Shown: positions 1 through 7,708 of the stretch, piece after piece | How the letters are laid out: the number at the start of each line of letters is the position of its first letter | Numbering within the stretch: the stretch's first letter is position 1 | Origin: a virus | Virus record (IMG/VR): IMGVR_UViG_3300037222_000116 | Coordinates: 23,903-87,902 of that record | DNA length: 64,000 nucleotides | Reading direction: 5' to 3' (one strand) | Notes under the pieces: model-generated | Told to the model about the DNA's origin: nothing | Seen by the model: the letters and a program-made list of their open reading frames with translations, nothing else | The model's database searches: none | Program-made: the position numbers and the translations under genes

Positions 1-1
1 T

Positions 2-349
2 CTCGAATGGCTCGTCTTCCGTCGCCACAGAAGGCGCGAGCACCGGAGCGACCATGACGGTGTGATTGCGCTGCGGCGCAGGATCGCCGTCCTTGCGCCC
101 GCCCGCCGCCGCCTTCGCCATCTCGGGCGTGACGACCGTCAGGAACTCTTCGCAAACCTGATCGAGCACGGCGAGCGCTGCCACTACACGAGCGAATAGC
201 TCGTGTTGCTCAACAGACATCGAATGGTCACTCGACGCGAGCTTGGGATCGTGAATGTCACGAAGCCGCTCGACCTCGTAGACAATCTGAGGATCGAGAC
301 GCTCACGCAATTCCATAAGCCACATGCGGCTGATGTTCAACGCAGGCAT
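2..349 (-). CDS. hypothetical protein, runs off the left end of the window
   Basis: Hand-translated from ATG at 349, open to the window edge (MPALNISRMWLMELRERLDP...); abuts the stop of the upstream gene. Confidence 0.5.
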   Translation of the reverse strand, partial: MPALNISRMWLMELRERLDPQIVYEVERLRDIHDPKLASSDHSMSVEQHELFARVVAALAVLDQVCEEFLTVVTPEMAKAAAGGRKDGDPAPQRNHTVMVAPVLAPSVATEDEPFE

Positions 350-580
350 CTACGGAATCGCTTTCTTTTCGAGACGTGCGATCTCCCGATCGAGATAGAA
401 GCGGGCTTTCTGGAGGTCTTCAAGCTCCTTCGCTGGATTCTTCTTCCCGGCGCGCGCGATGTACTTGACGGCACTGCCGAGACAGAACCCGAGCGACCAA
501 GCCTCGATGACTTTGATGACCTCGTACACGGTGTCGCCACCATAGTACGAGGGGTGATTGACAGCTTCCTCCTTGCTCAC
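350..580 (-). CDS. DUF3310-like (T7 gp1.7-related) phage protein
   Basis: VNHPSYY...GFCLGSAVKYIARAGKK...EDLQKARFYLDREI motif; GTG start overlaps the thyX stop. Confidence 0.85.
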   Translation of the reverse strand: MSKEEAVNHPSYYGGDTVYEVIKVIEAWSLGFCLGSAVKYIARAGKKNPAKELEDLQKARFYLDREIARLEKKAIP

Positions 581-1323
581 GATTTGCCCTCCATGAAGAG
601 AGCATACGTCCTCGGCCAACACGCCTTGACGATCTCGGCGACGGCCTCGGCATAGCAACGAATCTCCCACTGCGCGCCAGCAGCCATGCGAAGCGTCAGG
701 AAGTCGAGCCAATTCCGAAGGTCGGTCTTGGCGACCATCTTCGAGTAGCGCCCGACCGGCAGATGAACACGGGCCAACTCCTTCGGCACACCCAACTTGA
801 GCGCCTGCTGGTAGAGCGTTTCGGCCTCAGCATAGATCGCCTTCAATCGGATTTGAGACTCGACGCTCGGGATGTAGTTGACATCCGGCAACGGAACGTA
901 ACGCGCCGACATCTCGTTGTAGCTCTGCGTCCGGTGACGATGCCATTCGCGGAACACGAAGATCGGCGCTTGTACCTCGATATGAAGCTCGCCAAACTCG
1001 AAAGGCGTCGCGTGTCGATTTTTCCACATAAAATCGAGCATCGCGAGATCGCCGCGTGGGAACTCCTGCCAATCGTGTGGATTACCTGTAGGCTGCGATC
1101 CGATGCAGCACGACGAGTTTCGCAAGCCGTCTGCGCGCTCCGGTTCCGCTAGATCGCAGACTCGGCAGCGATGGTAAGCGCTCCACGACACGAAGCCGCG
1201 ACCGGTACTCATACGCGCCGCTTCCACGATAGCCTCGTCTGACCCCATCGAGGCGATTAGCTTCACGTAGCCGTGATCGAGGACTTTGATGGTGTCGAGA
1301 GTATCGAGGGGCATAGCGAACAC
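577..1323 (-). CDS. thyX: flavin-dependent thymidylate synthase
   Basis: HATPFE, REWHRHRTQSYNEMSARY signature, ELARVHLP, LRM..AQWEIR. Confidence 0.95.
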   Translation of the reverse strand: MFAMPLDTLDTIKVLDHGYVKLIASMGSDEAIVEAARMSTGRGFVSWSAYHRCRVCDLAEPERADGLRNSSCCIGSQPTGNPHDWQEFPRGDLAMLDFMWKNRHATPFEFGELHIEVQAPIFVFREWHRHRTQSYNEMSARYVPLPDVNYIPSVESQIRLKAIYAEAETLYQQALKLGVPKELARVHLPVGRYSKMVAKTDLRNWLDFLTLRMAAGAQWEIRCYAEAVAEIVKACWPRTYALFMEGKS

Positions 1324-1324
1324 C

Positions 1325-1342
1325 TGTAGCAGTCTTGCAACA
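1325..1342. promoter_or_regulatory. palindromic operator TGTAGCA-GTCT-TGCAACA
   Basis: Member of the repeated 18-bp palindrome family; immediately upstream of thyX. Confidence 0.65.
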
Positions 1343-1358
1343 GGACAGCAAGAAGAAA

Positions 1359-3359
1359 CTACTTCGTGTCGCCTTCCTGCTCTTCCTCGGCCTGCTCTTT
1401 CAGGTCATCGAGAGCTTCTTTCAATGCAGGAGGCAGCATGCGCAGGATCTCGGCTCGATACGCCCCCGACGCATCGGGCAGCGACTTGTCGATGGCCCGC
1501 CGCGGGTCGTGCATGATGTCGTGGACGACCGGCAGGTTGACGCTGAAGCCTTGGAAGTACATGAACGCGTCGACGACGGCGCTCACCACCTGCTCGGGCT
1601 TCATCAGCCCGCCAGCGACCGCCAAGCGCAACGCCTTGATCTGCGAGTACGAGTCGCCGAAGTACGGACGCTCGTCATCGGCGAGAAGATCCTCGGCAGT
1701 CCGACCATCAGCAACCGGCTCGTTGTCGTCGTCATCGTCGGGCAAAGGCGGCAGAGGCGCAGCAGGATGCGCTGCGCCGTTGGCACCATTGGCAGCACCA
1801 TTGAGTCCCGCCGCGGGCGTTGCACCATTGGCGGGCACCTGCGCCTGTGGCACACCACCACCCATCTGCCGCCGACGCAGCTCTTCGGCTTTCTTGCGAG
1901 CCGCCAACTCCTTCTGCGCCTTGCTGCGCTCTTCGGCGGTCTTGTGCTCGAAGTACGAACCGAGTACGCCGGTCACACGTTCCAACGCTGTCCCGCCGAG
2001 CTGCGCGATCATGGCAGCCGTCGAGGGTGCTCCGCTGTTGGCGGGACCGTTGAAGAGCTGGTCGAGGGCGTAGTCTTTGATCTTGGAGGCGAAGGGATCG
2101 TCGCCCTGAAGCTGCTTAAACAGCTTCATCATCTCCAGCATGCCGGGCTCGCGCTTGAGTGCTTCCTCGAAGACGCGGCGCTGCGCGTCCTGCGTCTCTT
2201 TCTGGATGGCGGTCATGCGATCGAACATCGACTGTGTCGCTGACTGGCCGAGAGCCTTATCGGCGCTGGCGAGCTGCTGCTGGATCTTGTCGGACTCCGC
2301 TTTGGCATTGGCGGAAATCTGCGCCAGCTCACGCCGGAACTCGGCTTCGCGCTGCTGCGCAGCAAGCGCTGCTGTCTCCTGCTGATGGCGCTGTTCGAGC
2401 TTCGCCAATTCGAGCTTGAAGTTGGACTCACTCTCGCCGTTACGAGGCCCTGCCTGCGCCTGACGAAGCTGCTCCAACATCTGATTGAACTTGGTGTCGG
2501 TGTCGGCTTTGTTCTGCGTCACCAAGTTCAGAAGCCGATCGAGGCCCTCGTTGGCCTGCCTGCGAATGGCATCTTCCCGCAAGGCAGCAATCTGCTTTTC
2601 GAGCAACTCGGCCTTGGAATCGCCGGGAGCCGCCAACTGCGGCTGCGTGTAGAACGGCTGCTGGCCCCAATTCCCCATCGGGGGTGACGGCTGGAATCCA
2701 TTTCCGTAGGGAGGCTGCTGACCGAAGCCGCCCATGTTCGGACTCGGCGCTGCGCCGGGCGTGCCGGGACCACACGGCTGGCCGTTGGGATAGTACCAAG
2801 GCTGCTGCGGCTGGCCGTTGTAGTAGTACGGCTGCTGATATTGCTGCTGCGCCTGATGCTGTTGCTGTTGCTGCTGAGCTTGCTGATAGCCAATTCGCTG
2901 CCACCACGGGACTTCAGGAGCAGGAGGCGGCGGCGGTGCTGCTCCGAACGGCGGCGTGTACCCCGGAGGAGGCGGATACGCATGGTTGAAGGGCTGCTGC
3001 TGGGGGCCGACCGGAACGCCGCCGTACTGACGATGAGGACCGGGGAAGAAGATGTCTCCTGACACCGAAGTCCCACTGGAATCAACAAAGGTCACATGGA
3101 AGTTGCCCCCACCGAGCAACTCGGGCATCTCACCCGAGGCGAAAGCAACGGCGGCGGCGACCGTCCAAACGCGCAGAAGGCCGGTGTTGGGATCGATCAG
3201 CGCAGGAACCACCTCGTTCAACGCCTTGTTCTGCCCGTCACGCCCCTGCCGCACGAACTGTACGACTTGCAACGGCTCCTTGAGGAGCGCGAGGCGTGCT
3301 ACGTCGATGTTCTTGGGGCCGGTATTGGCGGGGTTGGGTGTCTGCTTGGCGTTGGACAT
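1359..3359 (-). CDS. large P/Q-rich, coiled-coil protein of unknown function
   Basis: Long ORF with poly-Q/P low-complexity middle, heptad-like region and acidic LPPLPDDDDD stretch; start placed at MSNAKQ. Confidence 0.75.
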   Translation of the reverse strand: MSNAKQTPNPANTGPKNIDVARLALLKEPLQVVQFVRQGRDGQNKALNEVVPALIDPNTGLLRVWTVAAAVAFASGEMPELLGGGNFHVTFVDSSGTSVSGDIFFPGPHRQYGGVPVGPQQQPFNHAYPPPPGYTPPFGAAPPPPPAPEVPWWQRIGYQQAQQQQQQHQAQQQYQQPYYYNGQPQQPWYYPNGQPCGPGTPGAAPSPNMGGFGQQPPYGNGFQPSPPMGNWGQQPFYTQPQLAAPGDSKAELLEKQIAALREDAIRRQANEGLDRLLNLVTQNKADTDTKFNQMLEQLRQAQAGPRNGESESNFKLELAKLEQRHQQETAALAAQQREAEFRRELAQISANAKAESDKIQQQLASADKALGQSATQSMFDRMTAIQKETQDAQRRVFEEALKREPGMLEMMKLFKQLQGDDPFASKIKDYALDQLFNGPANSGAPSTAAMIAQLGGTALERVTGVLGSYFEHKTAEERSKAQKELAARKKAEELRRRQMGGGVPQAQVPANGATPAAGLNGAANGANGAAHPAAPLPPLPDDDDDNEPVADGRTAEDLLADDERPYFGDSYSQIKALRLAVAGGLMKPEQVVSAVVDAFMYFQGFSVNLPVVHDIMHDPRRAIDKSLPDASGAYRAEILRMLPPALKEALDDLKEQAEEEQEGDTK

Positions 3360-3463
3360 TGATGAGTGTCTTACTGCCTGCGTCTCATCCTCGTCAAGCC
3401 ATACCCAACATACCCAACACATAGGGCTTGACCATCATCAGGCGCAACCAGTACAAGGCCAAT

Positions 3464-4066
3464 ATGCCCGTTCGTGAACTCACCCTCCCTCCCGGCGTAC
3501 CCCCGAATGGGATCTGTGGCACTTGCAGGTTCTTCGTCGATGAACCGAACGAGCTGATGGCTGAATTGGCCTTCATGTCGAGCCATGGCAACGGGCAAAA
3601 ACGCGGCTTCAAGTACGGCGAGCGCGTGCAGACTGGACGCAAGATGGTCGTCCACACGCGCGAAGGCACCAAGGAGAGCTTCGACATTCCTGACGGCGCG
3701 AAGGTCCAGACCGTCGTCGACGAGGTCGGCGACATCATGCGCCTCTTGCACGACCGCGCGCCGCAGGTGAAGGCATGGGATTGGGGTCTGTGCGAGCTGG
3801 GTGTCGTCGGCCTCACCGACCGTCGCGCCGGGCTCGGTCCGGTTCCGGGGCCGTGTGAACACTGGAAAGAGGGCACGGTCCTCGTCAACATCCGTCCCTT
3901 CGACTGGAAGGCCAAGATGCGCGAGATCCTCAAGGCCGGGGGACTCGCCAAGATCCCTGACAACGCGCCCTGCATCTGCGAGAAGGGCCGTGTCTTCGGC
4001 TACACGTTCGCCAACTGCTGCAAGCCGGTGCAGAAGCACCCCCAACCACCCACGGAGACACCCTGA
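3464..4066 (+). CDS. Cys-rich hypothetical protein
   Basis: CGTC, CIC...CC motifs; coupled to the next gene; TTGACC at 3428 upstream. Confidence 0.7.
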   Translation: MPVRELTLPPGVPPNGICGTCRFFVDEPNELMAELAFMSSHGNGQKRGFKYGERVQTGRKMVVHTREGTKESFDIPDGAKVQTVVDEVGDIMRLLHDRAPQVKAWDWGLCELGVVGLTDRRAGLGPVPGPCEHWKEGTVLVNIRPFDWKAKMREILKAGGLAKIPDNAPCICEKGRVFGYTFANCCKPVQKHPQPPTETP

Positions 4067-4299
4067 TGGCAACCCTCCTCGAAACGGCCAAAGACCTCGT
4101 CGGCAAGGTCGAAGCGTGCAGCAAGACGATGCCGCGTGCGGCGCTGCGCCAACTCGTGCAGCAGGGGCAAGCGCCCGCGCGTCCCGACAACACGCTGCCT
4201 GAGCCGCTCTGGAAGAAGGCACGCGCCGTGTCCGAGGCGACCGCCAAGCTCGCCGCGGTCATCGACGACTTCAACGACGCCATCGGCAAGGTCGAGTAG
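4066..4299 (+). CDS. hypothetical protein
   Basis: TGATG overlap with the previous gene, phage-like codon usage. Confidence 0.65.
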   Translation: MATLLETAKDLVGKVEACSKTMPRAALRQLVQQGQAPARPDNTLPEPLWKKARAVSEATAKLAAVIDDFNDAIGKVE

Positions 4300-4302
4300 C
4301 TC

Positions 4303-4641
4303 ATGCTCGCTCTCGTCACGTTCACGGCTCTCTGCACAGCAATCTATTACCTGACGTGCCGAGCTGCCATCACCGAGCCGATCTGGAAGCGCTATCCGGC
4401 GTTCCTCGACCGACTTGCCAGATGCCCAGCGTGCAGCGGTTGGTGGCTCGGAGCGCTCGTCGCGCTCTACGTGAGCCCGATCGAGCCACACATCACCAAC
4501 CACACGACCATCGAGCGCGCGATCCTCGGGGCGCTCTTCGGCCTCGTACTGACGCCGCTCGGAACGTACCTCGTCATCGTCGCACTCGAACGCACGACCA
4601 TCCCCGACCCCACATCATCGCAGGAGGAGCCTCGTGGCTGA
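4303..4641 (+). CDS. DUF1360-like membrane protein
   Basis: Three hydrophobic segments and a LARCPACSGWWLG motif. Confidence 0.65.
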   Translation: MLALVTFTALCTAIYYLTCRAAITEPIWKRYPAFLDRLARCPACSGWWLGALVALYVSPIEPHITNHTTIERAILGALFGLVLTPLGTYLVIVALERTTIPDPTSSQEEPRG

Positions 4642-5410
4642 GTGGGTAGCAACCAACGACGAGCTGAAGATCAAGCTGATCAACGCTGCCTACCACATCT
4701 TCGATGACGCTTACGCCAATGACCAAGTCGCCAACTACCTCGACTTGCCTCTGGCTACCCTCATCTCGGAGATGAAACGTCTGGAAATGTGGTGTGATGA
4801 GGCCCCTACCGAAGCCAATACACCCACGACAGAAGCACCGCCAACAGCCAACGTCAACGCCGCTGCCGCGCCGCCAGAAGCCAACGCCAACGACACCAAT
4901 ACAGCTCACACGAAGCATGCACCCGCCCCAAATGATGCTATCCCGCGGGCGGTCCTGCCGGTCGTTCCCAAGAGCAATCATTGGACAACCACGCGCAAGT
5001 TTGCCGGGCCTGATGGTGTGCGGCGCTGCGATTTTTTCAACAGCAAGACCAAGGCGTGCTTCCATTACTGGCAACTGCAAGACGGCTTGTTTTCCAGCCT
5101 GCGATGTCCCGGCGACAATGTACCTAGCGGGCTGAAGAACCGTGCCGCGTGGTTGCAGCGTGAGGAATTTTCGCCAACGGGCGAAGAACCGCGGGTTGGC
5201 TGCCCCATGCACCACGGCTACCCCGAAGTCAAAATCGAGCAACCCACACCACCACCACCAACAGGACGATCCAACCTTTCGTTGCTCCCAGCACGACCGA
5301 CGCAGATCCCGCACGTCACGCGTCCCGGCGAGGACGAAGACGAGAACGACGACCACCGCGGACCCGACGAAGAGCCCGAGGACGACGGCAACGGGAAGCT
5401 CAACTCGTGA
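4634..5410 (+). CDS. hypothetical protein
   Basis: ORF in an overlapping-gene operon; Cys/His-containing C-terminal half, acidic tail. Confidence 0.6.
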   Translation: MAEWVATNDELKIKLINAAYHIFDDAYANDQVANYLDLPLATLISEMKRLEMWCDEAPTEANTPTTEAPPTANVNAAAAPPEANANDTNTAHTKHAPAPNDAIPRAVLPVVPKSNHWTTTRKFAGPDGVRRCDFFNSKTKACFHYWQLQDGLFSSLRCPGDNVPSGLKNRAAWLQREEFSPTGEEPRVGCPMHHGYPEVKIEQPTPPPPTGRSNLSLLPARPTQIPHVTRPGEDEDENDDHRGPDEEPEDDGNGKLNS

Positions 5411-5802
5411 GTGAAGAAGCCCTCCCGAAGTCGTTTCTGGGTCGTGTCTGGTGGACGATGAACTACATCGCGTGGGCCGTGATGTCGTTCTTCGCCAGCT
5501 TCACGTATCCAATCCGCGCGACCCTCGCCCTGCGTGCAGCCGGGCAGGAAGAGCAACGAGGCAACTGGATCGGTGCCTATGCGTTCTACGCACGAGCGAT
5601 GCACTTCGTCATCCTGCACGGCCTGAACCTCACGGCGAGCCACAAGACACTGCTCAAGCACAACCATCCAGCTCGCCGAATCGCTTTCATCGAGAGCGAA
5701 CTCGCCAAGTGGACAACGCGCGCGGACGCCCTGTGGGCAGCTTGTGAGCACTGCCGCGAGCACATCCTGCAAGTGGTCAAGACCGAACGCGAAGCCGCAT
5801 GA
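5407..5802 (+). CDS. hypothetical protein
   Basis: GTGA overlap with the upstream gene; CEHC motif. Confidence 0.6.
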   Translation: MSEEALPKSFLGRVWWTMNYIAWAVMSFFASFTYPIRATLALRAAGQEEQRGNWIGAYAFYARAMHFVILHGLNLTASHKTLLKHNHPARRIAFIESELAKWTTRADALWAACEHCREHILQVVKTEREAA

Positions 5803-5921
5803 TTCACGTTCTCCACAAGCTCGCCATCGCGGCCTGCGTGTCCTGCCTGACCATCTGCATCAGCACTTGCCCGAGTGGCCTCTGCCGCAAGTGCTGTCGC
5901 AAGCAATGCCCCAACGGGTAG
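5799..5921 (+). CDS. small Cys-rich peptide (40 aa)
   Basis: Hand-translated MIHVLHKLAIAACVSCLTICISTCPSGLCRKCCRKQCPNG; ATGA overlap with the upstream stop. Confidence 0.4.
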   Translation: MIHVLHKLAIAACVSCLTICISTCPSGLCRKCCRKQCPNG

Positions 5922-5934
5922 CAGTTCTGCTACA
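5917..5934. promoter_or_regulatory. palindromic operator GGTAGCA-GTTC-TGCTACA
   Basis: 18-bp palindrome family; 11 nt before ATG 5946. Confidence 0.65.
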
Positions 5935-5945
5935 GTCTTGCTCCC

Positions 5946-6206
5946 ATGTCAGCCCGAGCCAAGCAGCGCCGTCGCCTCGAACGAGTCCAACTCTTCGGCA
6001 ACGGCTACCGCATCAAGTTCAACTACGGCAGCGAGAAGGATGGCTCACTCGCGGCGCTGACCGACTTCCTGCTCGACCACTTCGGCACCGCTGCACTTGT
6101 CCGACGCGCAACATGGGAAGAGGGCCGTTATGAAATTCTAGACAACATACACGGGGCCGTCCTATGCTCCCTCTATCGACGTCCACTGACTCGGAGCACA
6201 CCATGA
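5946..6206 (+). CDS. hypothetical protein
   Basis: ORF directly after the operator. Confidence 0.55.
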   Translation: MSARAKQRRRLERVQLFGNGYRIKFNYGSEKDGSLAALTDFLLDHFGTAALVRRATWEEGRYEILDNIHGAVLCSLYRRPLTRSTP

Positions 6207-6514
6207 CGCGAGGGCGGTGAAAGACCGCTCGGTGAGAGAGCAACCTCACTCGCGACCATACATGCAGTAACCACATCCTCGAAAATCCCCACGAGCCCGT
6301 CGATGGTCAGTCATCGGCGGGTTTCGTATTTCAAAGAGCTTGACGACGGAATCGAGATCCGAGTAGGACTTCTCTCGTTGCAAAGAGCGCGGCTTTGGTC
6401 ATCACCCAGCGAAGCGGCACCCGGCACGGCGAGTCAGAGGGCGAGCAGAGATGCTCGCCCTTTGGCTTTCAGAGACGAACTACGATACAAGAGCAGTCGA
6501 GGCCAAAGCCGCTC
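6207..6514. ncRNA. candidate structured non-coding RNA
   Basis: Several stems: 6207-6254 junction, 6291-6327 hairpin, 6431-6468 hairpin with GAGA loop, and 6385-6400 pairing with 6501-6514. Confidence 0.4.
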
Positions 6515-6568
6515 ATACAGCGCCCCACCGAAGCCATATGCTGACTCTCAGCATGTCCGCAAAGACAA

Positions 6569-6838
6569 TCAGCCATCGGCGACCTCGGTCAAAGACGCCC
6601 CGCTACGAGCCCACTCGGGAGCTTCTTCCAGACCCTTCCCCACGCGCTCTCCGTGCCTGTAGGCGCTCTCGAACGTCTCGATGAAGCACGAGGGGATGTC
6701 AATTCCTCGCGGCGCTCCTGCGAAGCCGCGCAGGTATCCAACCATGTAGACCGACGGGTTGTTCTTTGTCCTCGCCTCGTCGACGTCTTTGACCAGCGCC
6801 TCGATGTCGATGCTGAAGTGGATCTCTCGCGCCGCCAT
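6569..6838 (-). CDS. hypothetical protein
   Basis: Coupled to the upstream HTH gene. Confidence 0.6.
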   Translation of the reverse strand: MAAREIHFSIDIEALVKDVDEARTKNNPSVYMVGYLRGFAGAPRGIDIPSCFIETFESAYRHGERVGKGLEEAPEWARSGASLTEVADG

Positions 6839-7275
6839 CAGTCGTTGTCCCGAGGCGCATCGTCATCGTCTTCGTCGGTGGGAGACGGCGAGATAACCGC
6901 GCCGAGCGGAGGCAGAGGCCACAAGTTACGCTGCTTGAGCATGGTCCCGCAGCGGGACTCCATGAACTCCGCACCTTCGAGAAGCAGCATGGATCGAGCC
7001 TCTGCCACCAACGTTGCGTCGTCGTGCTTCTGAAAAGCCTGCCATGCACGATATTCCTCGTCGGTGGCGACCTTCTCGACCCATTCAGCACCACCAAGAG
7101 AGTCTGTCTTGGCCTTGCGAATGAAGGCGTCGATGTCGTCGCTGTCATAGCGAACCGCCCGCGGAGGCACGCGGATGTGTGGGAACGACAACTTCTTGTC
7201 GAGCCGCGCCAACATCAACGATCGGTACGAGATCCCGAGGCGCGCTGCGGCCTCACGTTCACTGATGAGTGCCAT
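6838..7275 (-). CDS. AlpA/excisionase-like HTH DNA-binding protein
   Basis: LISEREAAARLGIS...FPHIRVPPRAVRYDSDDIDAFI winged-HTH pattern. Confidence 0.75.
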   Translation of the reverse strand: MALISEREAAARLGISYRSLMLARLDKKLSFPHIRVPPRAVRYDSDDIDAFIRKAKTDSLGGAEWVEKVATDEEYRAWQAFQKHDDATLVAEARSMLLLEGAEFMESRCGTMLKQRNLWPLPPLGAVISPSPTDEDDDDAPRDND

Positions 7276-7410
7276 TTGAATGCTCCTCTGCGAAAACCGC
7301 AAGTTCTCCACCTTCACACGCCAGTAGCAAAACAGCAACAAAAAAACGACACGGCTTGCTACTTGTTCATGCGCCTTGGTCCACCGCTCGCACGGCGCTG
7401 GCCTAAGACA

Positions 7411-7708
7411 ACCAAAGGTTTTCAAAATAGGGCGTTTTGGTGAAAACCTTTTTTCCGTTTGTGTTCCATCAAGTTACACCACCAACTACCAAAGGTTTTC
7501 AGGTTTTCATCGAATAAAAGTGGTCTAGGATCAGAGGTACTTGTATGACAAACTCGTAATTAGCTTTAGAGGACCGAAAAACACAAAATACGAGTTTGTT
7601 ATGCAAGTACCTCTCTGTAGAGAGAAGTTATGCAGGCGTGAAAACCTGAAAACCTTGAATGAAATCGCGGAAACGACGAAAAAGTTGAAAAGCTTTTGAA
7701 AAGCTTAC
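7411..7708. other. candidate replication origin (AT-rich, nested inverted repeats)
   Basis: Perfect 18-bp IR 7492-7509/7639-7656, 24/26 IR 7533-7558/7589-7614 and AGGTTTTC iterations; directly downstream of the primase-helicase. Confidence 0.6.
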
